A stretch of DNA of 63,781 bases, filler included, from Octopus bimaculoides (GCF_001194135.2; 7 parts of 7 records of this genome joined end to end with filler, not necessarily neighbours in it), one strand, 5' to 3'. Positions 1-13,174 are shown, counted from the first letter of the whole stretch. The notes: generated from the letters alone by a model not told the origin. Program-made: numbers and translations.

Positions 1-21
1 TATATATATATATATATACAT

Positions 22-57
<36 letters not shown>

Positions 58-60
58 ATC

Positions 61-298
61 AACCAGATTGTCAGGTGTTGTTATACATTGCTGGTCACAA
101 TGCACTTCTTTACATTGTTGTAGCTTTTGAATGATGCCAGCCTGCTGCAGGGTTATCCATTTACATCTGAGTGAGTTTAAACAACATGAAATGAAGTGTT
201 TTGCTCAGAAACGCAATGCACTGCTGGTCTGGAAATTGAAACCCATGAGCTTGTGATTGTAAGTGCAACACCCTAACCACTAGGCCATTCACCTTCAC
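61..298 (-). mobile_element. tRNA-derived SINE with CORE-like body, CpG-decayed
   Basis: The reverse complement of 240-298 reads as a degenerate tRNA-like head (gtggttagggtgttgcacttacaatcacaag...). The body resembles the copies at 38410-38705 and 47729-48048. Confidence 0.55.
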
Positions 299-1422
299 AC
301 ACACATACACATACATACAGACACACACACTTATATAATGTGTGTGTGTGTGTTCTAATACTGGTTGACTAAAGGTGGGATAGAATGTTCACTCTGTTGC
401 TGGACTGAGGTTTAAAATTCATAGACAATTCCAAGTAATACAAGCAAACAAAGTAGTCTTTCCAGGGATGTTGGGCTTGCTAAAAATAGCAGTCAAATAT
501 CCTTAAAATCACATCCTTTCTTTTCTACATCATCAGGTTATAAATGAGCCCTTTTGAATTTCTTGATAACTGCTAAGAAGTGGTTGTCATGGAGTTTTTA
601 TGAGGAGAACATAAAGGGAGTATCATGTCCTATTGCCTTTTAAAACAGACGAGACACAATGGATCCTTTCTTTGTATTTAGGTGCTATGTCAGGACATAG
701 GACATAGACAATCATGTCCTGCCACAATTTTCTGTTCTTTGTTTTCTGTAACAGTTACACAATGAGTATGTGCTGCAAAATTTTTTTTTAAATAGGAGAT
801 GGTCATGGCTGGATTGCCTTTAATCATAAACCTTTTTCATCTGGTTTGACCTGCAGCAAAACAACAATTCATGTGACAGTCTAAAACTGTTTCTCAATCT
901 TTTTTATTTTTACAGAAGAATTTGTTATTTAGGGGTGTTTTTCTATTCAGCAATTCACATCACACTCCTTTCTACGAATATTGGTTTCTTATATAAGGAC
1001 AAAGGATATTGGAGAAAAGGGGGTATTGATCACGAAATTAACTCCATCATATTAGACATTATAAGCACCAATTAGAGACATTAAAATCTGAGCAGTTAAT
1101 TCATTAATTAACTCCAGTTTTTCCTTTCATCCTTCCAGGATCAATAAAATAATTATCAATGAAGTACTGNNNNNNNNNNNNNNNNNNNNNNNNNNNNNNN
1201 NNNNNNNNNNNNNNNNNNNNNNNNNNNNNNNNNNNNNNNNNNNNNNNNNNNNNNNNNNNNNNNNNNNNNNNNNNNNNNNNNNNNNNNNNNNNNNNNNNNN
1301 NNNNNNNNNNNNNNNNNNNNNNNNNNNNNNNNNNNNNNNNNNNNNNNNNNNNNNNNNNNNNNNNNNNNNNNNNNNNNNNNNNNNNCATCATCAACATCAT
1401 TATTCATTATTATTTTTATTAT

Positions 1423-1580
1423 GTTCTGAGTTCAAATTCCGCCAAGGTCGACTTTGCCTTTCATCCTTTCGGGGTCGATTAAATAAGTACCAGTTACACA
1501 CTGGGGTCGATGTAATCGACTTAATCTGTTTGTCTGTGCTTGTTTGTCCCTCTATGTTTAGCCCCTTGTGGGCAATAAAG
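1423..1580 (+). mobile_element. SINE family A, 3' part (relatively young copy)
   Basis: gttctgagttcaaattccgccaaggtcgactttgcctttcatcctttcggggtcgat...; matches the full copy at 39728-39959 and ends in a (TTA)n tail. Confidence 0.8.
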
Positions 1581-1607
1581 AAATTATTATTATTATTATT
1601 ATTATTA

Positions 1608-1641
<34 letters not shown>

Positions 1642-2049
1642 CATCATCATCATCATCATTATCATCATCATCATCATTATTATTATTATTATCATTCCGT
1701 TTTTACCTTTGAGTTCAAATTCCACTGAGGTCAACTTTAACGTTCATCCTTTTGGAGATCAATGAAATAAGTAACAGTTGAGCATTGGGGGTCATGTAAC
1801 TGGCTTAACTCTCCCCTAAAACTTCTGGCCTTGTACCTATAATTATTGTTGTTATTGATGTTGTTGTGGTTATTCAGTTGTTTTATCTTTATTTTGTGCT
1901 TTCACTACACAAGTAAGTGCAGTTCTGTCTGCCTTAAATATTTGCAGTGCTTTGTTTTGGTTGTTAGTTTTACTATATTGAAAGGACCTATGTAATATGT
2001 GCAAGGTGCCTAGCAGTGCTTTTTTCTGTATATCATGCATATTATTTAA

Positions 2050-3640
2050 GCCATGGAATTGTTAGGGTAAGTTGGGGTATGATCTGAGAAGAGGTAAGGG
2101 AAAACTGAACCACTTGCTATTCATGGATAACTTGAAGCTATTCGCAAAAACTGTGACAGAACTAGACAGCCTAGTGCAGTCTGTGCAGATTTTCTCCAAT
2201 AATATTAAGAGTCTGGACTCTCAAAATGTGCAGTGATGGGGATGAGATAAGGAAAGCTTGTCAAGACAGAAGGCTACCAAGTGGTGAAATGATGAAGGCG
2301 ATTCAACCTTAATCTAGCTGTATCTCGGAATACTTGACTCAAATGGAATCAAACACAACAACATGAAGGAAAATATAAAAAGAGAGTACCTGCAGTATGT
2401 GAAAAAGATATTGGCATCAAAACTGAATACCAGAAGCATAATTTTAACAATAAACTCATGCGCAGTCACAGTAGTTCGGTATGGCCCTGGAATCCTGAAG
2501 TGGACAGAGGAGGAGCTAAAGGAGATGAACAGGAAGTCAAAAAAGCTCTTAACGATGCATGGAGCCCATCATCCAATTGCAGACACTGATCACCTATACA
2601 TGAAGAAAGCAAATAGAAGAAGAGGACTGATAAGTGTGGAAGATTGTGTGTGTATTGGACTTAAGAGCTTAATGAGATACCTAGACCAAAGTAAAGAAAC
2701 TTTGCTAGCGAGTTAGGAATGAGGGAGTATTGAAAGCAGAGAAAAAAAGTAACAAAGGAAGAAGTACAAAGAGGACATGAACAAGAATTCTGCAAGAAGG
2801 GACTCCACAATCAATTCCAAGTAACCACAGCAGAAGTTGCTGGAAAAAATTAGCTGATGAAAGGAACACTAAAAAAAAGAGACAGAGAGTACTATACTGG
2901 CAGTGCAAGACCAAGCTTTGGCTGTGAACTGGAGGTTCAACCTTAGGAATGAGCAAGTGTCTCCGCTGTGTCACATCTGCAATAGAGTGGATGAAACCAT
3001 TGCCAGTATCACAAATGAATGGCCTAGACTTGCCATGTGGCAACATGATCAGGTAGCAAACATGCTACATTGGAAACTGCAGAAAGTGGGTGGGTGCTAG
3101 AGAGAGGCAAGATGTGGTATGAGCATAAACCACAAAGTGTAGCGGAGTCAAAGAAAATAGCAAAATCCTCTGGGATTGTCCAATCCAAACAAATCAGGTG
3201 CTAGGGCATAACAGACCGGACCTAGTGGTGGTGGACAAGGTGCACCACATATGCTATATAGTTAATGTTGCATGATCCTTTGACCCACAAATAATTGAGA
3301 AGGAAGGTGAAACGGTAGATAAATACAACCCTCTTAAGTATGAAATAGCCTGGCTATGGAAAATGAAGAAGGTGAAGATAGTGCCAATTATTGTTGGGTC
3401 CTTGGGAACAGTATCAGAAGACATCAAGGGGAATATAAGGGAAATTGGAATAGAGTGCCCAGTAGAAATGTTACAAAAGGTTTGCCTCTGTGGCACAGCT
3501 AAAATAATCAGGAAAGTATTAGATAGCTGAAAAGAACAGATAGCATGGTACTGTAGGCTACAGGTAGTAAGCCCGCTATGCATGCAAGACTCCAGAAGCT
3601 CCAAAAGAACTTGTGATAAAGAGAAATAATAATAATAATG

Positions 3641-3672
<32 letters not shown>

Positions 3673-3680
3673 CATGATAA
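2050..3680 (+). mobile_element. R4/Dong-like non-LTR retrotransposon, 5'-truncated: RT C-terminus, zinc knuckle, restriction-like endonuclease, 3' UTR, (TAA)n tail
   Basis: HLLFMDNLKLF (YADD-equivalent) at ~2110-2145; thumb ORF 2363-2716 (...RRRGLISVEDCV); PLCHICNRVDETI knuckle at 2903-3100; HNRPDLVVVDK endonuclease motif and KVCLCGTAKIIRKVL* ending at ~3529. Several stops and frameshifts. Confidence 0.85.
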
Positions 3681-4749
3681 TAATGTGGGCACAAAGCCAG
3701 TTTGATAATGGTTTCTAATGTAGGCACAAGGTCAATAATTTTTGAGCGAAGGTGGAGTTGTTGATACCATCAACCTCTGGTAGTTAACTAATATTTTATT
3801 TCAACAACACCAGAAGGATGAAGAACAGAGTTGATCTTGGTGGGATTTGAACATAGGACAACAAGAGCTAGACTGCATGCCTCAAGGAATTATTTTTTTT
3901 ATGTTCTCTTCTGCCATTCCATCACCCTAAAAAAAATGATATTAATTATACATTGGAACAAAGTTCAAAATTTTTGGGTGGAACTACTTTTAACACACAA
4001 AGTCAACTTCAGTGTACTTCAGTAAGATTTGAACTCAGAATATAATACTGCAAGATATTGCTGTTGGTGCTAATAGAATTTCTTGAAATGGGGGGGATGG
4101 CAGGGAGTGTAATAGGATCATTTATATGAACTCATTATTTCTTATACTACTTATATTATTAAGAAATTGTTTTCATCATTCATCACCTTCAGTAGTAATG
4201 ATGTGAAGAACAACAATAACACTAATTACATAAAGGCGTGGAAAGCAGATATTAATAGTGAATTTTTAAAAATAGTAATATTAAGAATAACACGTGTGTG
4301 TGTGAGTGCACGTGCATGTGTGTGTGTGTGAACATACAAATATACATGCCTACATGCATGCATATAGACATACGTACGTGCATACAGACAGGCAGGCAGG
4401 TAGATAGATAGATAAATAGATAGATAGATAGATAGATAGATGTAGTAGACACATACATGCATATGTGGGTGTGCTTTGTAATATAAATGATATCATTATC
4501 AGTAATTAATAAAAGAAATAAACAATAGTTAAAAATGCTCAATTCATATTTTCATTTTCTACCCATATCCTGATGTTATTTACATTTTTATGAAAAAAAA
4601 AAAATTTGTTAATAACTATTCATGAAGTTATTAAAACTTCTGCATACTTCAGTTAGTCATTAGTACTGGTCTTTTCAGCTGTGCTCTAATTGGTTAACAT
4701 TTGAAGTTCTTGCACAGAAGAAAAGACGTTCAATTCTTTTAAGCAGTAA

Positions 4750-4750
4750 A

Positions 4751-4809
<59 letters not shown>

Positions 4810-4850
4810 TACTATTATTATTATTATTGTTGTTGTTGTTGTTGTTGTTG

Positions 4851-4895
<45 letters not shown>
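4750..4895. repeat. Compound (TTA)n/(TTG)n microsatellite
   Basis: Directly visible trinucleotide runs. Confidence 0.95.
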
Positions 4896-4896
<1 letters not shown>

Positions 4897-5574
4897 CTTT
4901 CAGCTTGTGCATTTTTGAAGGACGAACATAGATCTGTCTCTATCAATAGACTGCTATAGTTGTTGTCATTGTTGTTTAGTCACTGGTCGCTCCTGAACAA
5001 GCAATCAGACTTATCATCATAGACATTCCAACTATGATATGCCGGTTTTTCTTCTTTCTTCTCATTTTTTTTTTTTTTGCACATATTAATCTCCTTCAAA
5101 CAAGTCCATAACATTCAAGAGGAAAGAAAATATATTGATTTCAAATTTTCTCACAAGGCCAGCAATTTTTGATGGGGGGGGGAGTTGATTACAACAACCC
5201 TAGTGATCAGCTGGGGACTTATTTTATCAACCCCAAAAGGATGAAATGTAAAATCAACCCCAGCAGCATTTGAACTCAAAATGTAAAGATGGACAAAATG
5301 CCACTAAGCATTTTACTCTGCATGGTAATGATTCTGCAATCTCAACACCTTATGGAGGAAAGAGAATATATTATAGAAAATTCCCAAATGAGAAAAGATC
5401 TATCTTTATTCTGGGAAGGAAGTATTGGAAATAGTGGGTAGTGTGCAGCCATGGTGGGGTTGGAGATAACAAAGGTGATCAGCAGTGGGTAGACAAGTGG
5501 GTTGTGGGTGCCTGAGCAACAGTAGTCAGAGACCAGCCAGTTCCAAAGAACAGTAACCATTATTGTTGGCCGCC

Positions 5575-5915
5575 TTCCTGGCACGTGAAAAGACATTCAA
5601 GCGAGATTGTTGCCAGTGCCGCTGGACTGGTTCCTGTGCAGGTGGCATGTAAAATACATCATTTCAAGCGTGGCCATTGCCAGCACTGCCTGACTGGCCT
5701 TCGTGCCGGTGGCATGTAAAATACACCATTTCAAGCGTGGCCATTGCCAGTACCCACTACACTCTCGGAGTGGTTGGCGTTAGGAAGGGCATCCAGCTGT
5801 AGAAACTCTGCCAAATCAGATTGGAGCCTGGTGTAGTCACCTGGTCCATCAGTCCTCAGTCAAGTCGTCCAACCCATGCTAGAATGGAAAGTGGACGTTA
5901 AATGATAAACGATGA
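5575..5915 (+). mobile_element. Element carrying the RTE-type 3' tail, with internal ~67-bp tandem repeats
   Basis: ggcgttaggaagggcatccagctgtagaaac...ccaacccatgctag...ggacgttaaatgat has the same tail as the RTE copy at 14460-14660. ggcatgtaaaatacaccatttcaagcgtggccattgccag recurs at ~5644 and ~5711. Confidence 0.7.
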
Positions 5916-6999
5916 GTGAAATAGAAAAGAAAATACAACAATTTTCAGATGTTTTTGATCCAGAGAATACTAACAATGATACTAAAAGTATTATGGTTGG
6001 TATTCAACTTTTTAAATGTTTTATTATATAAAAAAAATGAGTAAGGAAAATGTTTTTCAAAGCATAGTTGGGCATGTGCATTGCACTTTGCTACAAAGGA
6101 TTACATAAATATATTGTCCAAAGCATGGACATGAAAAATACCCAGGTTTTCAAAATATTCTGGCAGACCTGCTTCAAAAATATATCTCTGGGATAACATA
6201 GAACCCAAATGTGACCAGGCATAGTGCTTAAAAATGCTTGGACTAATAAAATAATATATGGAATATGAAGTAGAAAAAAACAGACTTGACAGAGTGATTA
6301 AGAAGTTTGTTTTGCAGCTTTATGGTTTTAGGTTCAATCCCACAGTGGGTAACTGATTTCTACTATAGCCACAGTATAGCTTCATAATGACAGTAATAAC
6401 AATGCTACTACTACTACATGTATGATAATCAACATAGCATGCCCCGGTGACAACAGGATCAATGTGAAAGAAGAAGAAAAAATAAACAACTGATGATTTA
6501 AAGTGGGAAATATGAAGGTTGTGGTCAATGAAGAGAGTAAACGTGATACCAATACAGCCACAGACTGAGTAATACTTGTGAGTGAATTTGGTTGATAAGA
6601 ATTGTAAGCTTGTTTTATATGTATATGCATGCATGTGTGTGTGTATGTGGTGTGTGTGTGTGAATGTTGATATTTTGATTATCATTTGAGTGATGATGAT
6701 TTTTATATTCCTTATTCTGAGTCCAAATTCCACCAAGGCTGACTTTGCCTTTCATCCCTTCATGGTCTATAAAATAGCTACTAGTTGACCACTGGGATAG
6801 ATTTAATTGACTTTGACCCTTCTCCAAAATTTCTGACCTTGTGCTAAAAATAGAAACCGATAATTATATTCCTTATTGATATTACAACTGGTAGCTCTGT
6901 GCTTTTGATGATCTGTGGTTTATAAAAAAAACCCTACGTGAAAAACAGGTGAGGGTCCATGACAAAAGGAGCATCCAGCCATAAAATCCAGCTTCAAAA

Positions 7000-7542
7000 T
7001 CAATTTCTAGCCAAGCAATACAAACATGAGCAGAAATGAGTGATAAATGAATGCTTGGAAAAGTCCTGCAACAAGAAACCATTGTAAAACCTGAATGTTT
7101 GTTTCTCCGGTCAGAATCATGAAATGTTCAACCAGGACATCAATAAATGACACCAACATAACATTAGAAGACATACTAACAACAACCAATACAATCATAT
7201 TGAGGAAACATATAAAAGGCAAAAGAACAGTGCAATAAAAATGCACATTGTATTCAAAAGGGGGAAAACGTTACAATAATTTAGCCAAACACGGTCCAGC
7301 TTAACTACTAAGTAATTTACCTGCATAATAAAGAGTTTGAGCAACTAGAGGGCTAGAAGAGATAAAGTCTCTAATTTCTGTTTAAATTACATAACCAGCA
7401 ATATGAAGGAATTACTGATGATGCTAGAATCAACACCCATCTAGTTACTGGAGGGGAAAACAATATAATTTACCCAAAACAAAAGCATCAAAGCTAGAGA
7501 CTACTAACATGTATATAAAAATACATGCGCACGTGCACACGC

Positions 7543-7586
<44 letters not shown>

Positions 7587-8590
7587 CAAGAAGCTGGTTG
7601 CTCATCTGGAAACTAATAACCTCTTCTTTATTAGTGGAGCAGAAAGGGTGTTGGAAATAGATGTATATTATGATGTGAAGAAAAGTTACTGGCATAACCT
7701 GCAGTTATTGAAGGTAACAGAAAAGAAATAAATATCCAAGCTTAGCATAAATTTATTACCAAAAAAGCTTTTGATAGCATACTACATTCTTGGATATTGG
7801 TGACATTGTACATAAAAACAAAGCAGTTCCAAATCTAAGGCAGTATATCAACTACACCATGTCAAAATGGAAAGCATAAAAAACACTGTAAGATGGGAGA
7901 AGATGATAAAAACCTGTTCTGTTCTCATAAAAAGGGGTCTTTTTTGTAGTTAGGCTCCTTATCTTCACCCTTCTTTTCTCTCTATCTAGTTCTGTTAATA
8001 AATTTGTTCATCAAGTCACCAATGGCCACAAATGTTATTGGCAAATTATAAATTCTATCTCTTCTATATGGAAGGTTTAAAACCATATACAAGAAATAAT
8101 GCCAAGCTGGAAAATCTGCAGTAGTGATACCAAAATAAGTTTCAAATTAGAGAAATGTGCCAAATTAATTAAAAAGTATAGACAAATTAATTAAGATTAA
8201 AAACATTTAGAACTTAAAGAAACACACCATTTCCTGCTGCTCAGTCTTTACATGTAGAATATAGCCAAAGATATGACTGTCTGTAAAGGTAACTATACCC
8301 ATTGGGCTGTGTGCCAACTTCTACATGAAAACTGAAAATAAATGGTAAAAGCGTATATCAAACTTGTGACAACAATACTCAGTGATATATTTGCCTGAAC
8401 TAACTAGGAACTAAAAACTAACCACCAGGTAGAAAATGAAAGACTTAAAAATTATACATTAGGTTTGATTCCTTCTAATCCAAACAGAATCTAAGAAGAA
8501 GCTGAAAATCTTTCAATGTATAGAGACTTGAAAATTGAAGTAAGAAAGATGTAAAGTATCAGAGTAAGAATATTACTGGTTATAATTCTT
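7000..8590 (+). mobile_element. Degenerate R4/Dong-like LINE (RT N-terminal motifs to endonuclease, with deletions)
   Basis: EQKGC at ~7645, KKAFDSILHSWI at ~7760-7800, YRDLKIEVRKM at ~8520. Interrupted by (CA)n at 7525-7585. Confidence 0.65.
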
Positions 8591-8594
8591 TCTA

Positions 8595-8800
8595 CTAAAG
8601 GCACAAGGCCTGAAATTTTTGGGGCAGGAACTAATCAATTACATCGACCCCAGTGTTTTACTGGCACTTAATTTATTGACCCCCCAAAAGGCTGAAAGCA
8701 AAGTCAACCTCAGCAGAATTTGAACTCAGAACATAAAGACAGATGAAATACCACTAAGTATGTTGCCCAGTGTGCTAACAATTCTGCTAGCTCGCTATTT
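8595..8800 (-). mobile_element. SINE family A, full length, CpG-decayed
   Basis: Reverse complement of the 39728 copy with CG replaced by TG/CA (aaagtcaacctcagcagaatttgaactcagaac). Similar minus-strand copies at ~3720-3890, 3950-4080, 5140-5345, 10420-10615 and a plus copy at 6700-6860. Confidence 0.75.
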
Positions 8801-9329
8801 TGTTTCTGGTTATAATTAATACTCTGAATATGATAAAAAAAAAAAATGAATTTCTCAGAGCCCACAATTTGATATTAACCCTCCCAAAATAACCTCACTA
8901 GGAACAGCACACATTCCACACTACACAACTTGGCAAAAGGATAGCAATTTTAGGGGATCAGATTAGTCAATTAAATTGATTCAGTGCTCAAGCTTTTGAT
9001 AGCATACTACATTCTTGGATATTGGTGACATTGTACATAAAAACAAATACAGGGGTTTTTGGAATGTAACACCTATGATACTAAAGCACACTGACTGGGA
9101 AATCATGGATAACTAACTAGATGTTGTCAAGGGCTACCTAGAAAAGAAATGTTTCATCGTCATCATCATCACCATCATTGTCGTCATCGTCATCATCATC
9201 ATTTAACATATTTCCATGCTGGCATGGGTTAGACTTCCTAATCAATATATCCATCCCAACAAATGATAAAATATTTCTAAAGAGATGGAGAAATTATTTC
9301 ACTCAAAAGGCTTTGTAATTCATGTCTGA

Positions 9330-10090
9330 TAAATCACTTCTGCTAAAAGACAGTCGTGGTTTCTGTTGAAGGAAAACAACAAGTCAGATATTCACATTCA
9401 AATCTGACAAACATTTCAAAGTTGAGAAGATGCATTATTGTTTGGATTCTTACTCTTCTGCATGCACTTCATGAATTATTATTAATTCAGCAGACATCAG
9501 CATCCATCCGCAAAGATTTTATTATCTAATTTCTATAAACAAGAACATATACTTTTGTTAGATTCAATGGTCTAGTGAGATAACTTTGACTGCAGAGACA
9601 CACAATGTGGTGAAAATCCTCTGGTGTTTCATAGTCCCTTTAACCAGTGAACTGTGTGCATTATGAGCATACACTTTGTAAAAGAAGGACATGTTCCCTG
9701 ATTATGAAAAACAATAGCAATCAAATATTCACATTCCAATTTACCAGGATTAATTGAAAACAAACAGATACATTATTGCATGGATTCTTGCTGTTCTACT
9801 TGCACTCCATAAATCATTGTTTTGCAGACATGTGTATACATCAGCAAATGATTTGTTTGCTGATTCCTCTAAACAAGAGCTTGTGCTTTTATTAGATTCA
9901 TTGGTCTAGCAAGGTAACTTCGACTGAGGAGATACAAAAGGTCCAAACTAAGCAATATCTCAAAGCTTCCTTACATTGGTAAATCATGTGTTATGATTAT
10001 ACATCATTTAAAGGGAGGAGGTATTCTCCATTGATCAGAACCAGCAATCAGATATTCATGTTCAAATCTGCCAGAACACATTAAGGGTGA
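9330..10090. repeat. Degenerate tandem triplication of a ~330-bp unit
   Basis: Anchor ca(g/a)atattca..ttc.aat at 9385, 9722 and 10049; anchor ttagattca.tggtctag at 9558 and 9892. A single further unit lies at ~48418-48610. Confidence 0.65.
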
Positions 10091-10619
10091 ATGTTAAGGA
10101 ACATTGGACATGATTTAGACCTATGGCTAATAGTGACTTTTGTGTTGTGGTCAAGCTGATTAAACAAACAGTGACCTAGGATCGGAGAGTGTCCAAATAG
10201 ACTTGCAAGTCTGTTTTTTTGACACACTCTGAAGGGCAGAGACCAACGTGAGAAAAGTGTCCAGTAGAAAGTGCTAAGACAAAAGGTGTGAGGTTGATGA
10301 TATTGGGTAAAAAAGCTGGTTATATTTCATGGGGTACAACACACATAGAACAGAATGCTCCCAAAGAACTGACAAGATTAAACAAAAACAAAGGTAGCAA
10401 AATAATCCTTTTTGCCATAAGCAGAAGGCCTTTTTTATGAGCAGGACAAGTCCATTATATCGCCCCTAGTGAACAGCCGGTACCTATGTTATTGACCATG
10501 AAAGGATGAAAGGCAAAGTCAACCTCTGCAGAGTTTTAACTCAGAACATAAAGACAGACAAAATGCTGCTAAGAATTTTGCCTGGCAAGCTAATGATTCT
10601 GTCAGCTCACCCTCTTAAA

Positions 10620-11030
10620 GATAAGAAAAATAATGAAAATCAGTAGCACCAACAAAATGAAAAACCTCAGTTTCCTGGACACCAGTAGCTAAAATGCTGT
10701 GGATACCAAAAGGAAATTTTTGAAGCCCAGTATCACACATAGCTGAGCAAATGCTTCATCTTTTAACAATACCAACCTGTAGAATGAAACTTTCATTGTT
10801 TGATGAGGAAGAAATAGCTGCAAATGAAATTATAAAGGGATAAATAAGGAAAAAAAGACACAGAAAAGGTGACAAGATAAAAAAAACAGTGAAAACAAGT
10901 GAGAAGGAATAATCTCTTCTAAATGACAACAAAATCCCTCTGTAGGACAATTCACCATAAATTGAAAGTAGAACAGATAATAGACAAAATTATTGCATCT
11001 AAAGTGCTACAAACTCTCTGAAGAAGTTAG
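10620..11030 (+). mobile_element. R4/Dong-like LINE fragment
   Basis: Purine-rich segment, about 75% identical by eye to the reverse complement of 11386-11571, which continues into a knuckle-like region. Confidence 0.45.
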
Positions 11031-11189
11031 TATCAGATACACACACACACACACACACACGCACATGCACACACACACGCACACACACACACACGCACAC
11101 ACAGAGCCAATTAGCTTCAGTCTATGAACAACATGCAATGAGTAGACTGCTGATAAAATTAAGATATTATACTGAACTTAAAAACAAAC

Positions 11190-12340
11190 ATACTCATGAT
11201 GTTGGTATTTTTCAGCAGCAAATACATTTAAAAAATGCTTAGTGTTGCATTTCCTTGCACTTAAAACAATGTGAGAAGTGATTATGTGAAGAAAGTTTAT
11301 AGCACCAAAGGTGCATAATTTGTCACTTGACTGTTTGATTTTCTAAGAATGGTGTATCTTCATCCCCTTCAGTTTCTTTGTTATCTTTCTAAAGAGGCAT
11401 TTTGTTGTCATTTAGAAGAAATTAATCCTTTTCACTCATTTTCATTGTTTTGTACCTTACTATTTTTTTCTGATTTTTCCTTCTTTCATCCCTTCATATT
11501 TTCATTTGCAGTTATTTCTTCTTCATCACATGATGAAAGTGTGATATTACAGGTCGGTTTGGTTAAAAGATAAGGTATTTGTGTTTTTCAGTTTGTGCTG
11601 ATATCATATTTGATTTTAAGTTGATTAAGGAACTATGGCAATCTTGCGGGGATGAACATCAGTGCTCTTATCACTACAGAACTAATGCTAGTAGCAGTGT
11701 TCTACATGCTTTTTAGTTCAGTTTTACTTAGTTGATAATATTTCTGACATCTCTTACTTCTACATTCTGGTCATTTAGAACTGTTATGACAATAATGAAA
11801 GTTTCACATTGTCTACTAATATGATGTCCAATCATCTATGCTTAATCACTCTATCCATTGTGCATTAAAGTCCCATAGAATTTTAGTGTTGTTGTTCTCC
11901 AAGATTCGCTCTGTCTTGTGTTAATACCATTTGTCATATACTTCTAATCCATTGACCTTACAAAGGTTTCAGTGAAGACTTATGTTGTCATGGTAGGTTT
12001 TGTATTCTTGATGTGCATGCATCTCACACATGTTGACAATATGTGTCACAATCTCTACCTGTTTCTCACATCATCTTTTACAATCTTGTAGACAGATATC
12101 TTATGGCGAGGAAATTTGTTTCTCTCTTTAATTCTCTCATCCCTAGCCATCCCCATAATCTCAGTTTCCCTTTCAAATTTTCCAATGCAAGTCCATTGAT
12201 CTCCAGCTTCCCATTCTCTCTTTCTTTACCCATTTTTTTGTATGAATCTTTGACTTCAATCTCCTCTTGTTATTCAAACTCAATGGCTGAGCAACATATT
12301 GAAACAAAACCTTGATGCTCTTTGCCAGATAAAAATCCAG
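11190..12340 (-). mobile_element. R4/Dong-like LINE fragments (thumb, knuckle, endonuclease)
   Basis: Minus-strand remnant DRVIKHR*LDIILVD (RPD-type endonuclease motif) at ~11820-11870, with flanking degenerate LINE-like translation. Confidence 0.55.
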
Positions 12341-12457
12341 CATTCGTCTTTTTGAAATAACCAATCAAGACCCTGCACTATATATTTTGGTCCATGTACA
12401 TAAGTATAAATTTTGCTTTCAGATGGGGGGATTTGAATTTGTACAGTGTTTTCCATG

Positions 12458-13170
12458 TACAAGGGGGTACCTAAAAGAAACTGAAATTTTGCAATATCAT
12501 TTTATTCAGTTATACATGTTTACACTCTTATCACCCTCAAAGTATTCTCCATTTGAAGCAATGCATCAGTTCAGACACGTTTTCCACAGTTTGAAGCAGT
12601 CCTGGAACTCTTGCAAAGTGATACCTTTTAATGCCTCCATTGTTTTGTTCTTCACTTCTTCCACATCTGCAAATTCCAAAGCACCAGCTTTTGTCACCAG
12701 TGCGGACCTTAAAAAAAAGGTCCAGATCAACTTCCAACTATTCTTTCAGTTCACGATACACATTCAGTTGTGACTGCTTTTGACCTTCTGTGAGCGAGAG
12801 AGGTACAAATTTTGTTGCAACTCTTTTCATTCGCAATTACCCACTCAAAATTCACTGGAAGGAGCTCCAGGACACACCAGTCATATCATCAAGTTTGTCT
12901 ATTGTTCAGTGATGGTCCTCCAAGATCAATTCATGAATTTTCATGTTTTCATTCATTTAGGAGGTTGATGGATGCCCTGAATGAGGTTGGTCTTCAAGCA
13001 ACAAGTGACCATTCCTAAAGTATGGAAGCCACTCATAAACTTGTGTTTTGCTCATGGCAGCATCCTTGTAAGCTGTCAGAAGCATGGCAGCTGTTTTGGC
13101 CACCATTTTCTCCAGCAGAAACAGAATTTCATGGAAGCACACTGTTCCTTCATTTCAGCCACTGCAAAAA
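12458..13170 (-). mobile_element. mariner transposon, internally deleted
   Basis: TA+CAAGGGGG TIR start at 12458; HTH remnant TAYKDAAMSKTQVYEW...EDQPHSGHPSTS (12957-13142); first catalytic motif KVRTGDKSWC (12537-12737) fused to the C-terminus. Confidence 0.8.
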
Positions 13171-13174
13171 TCGA

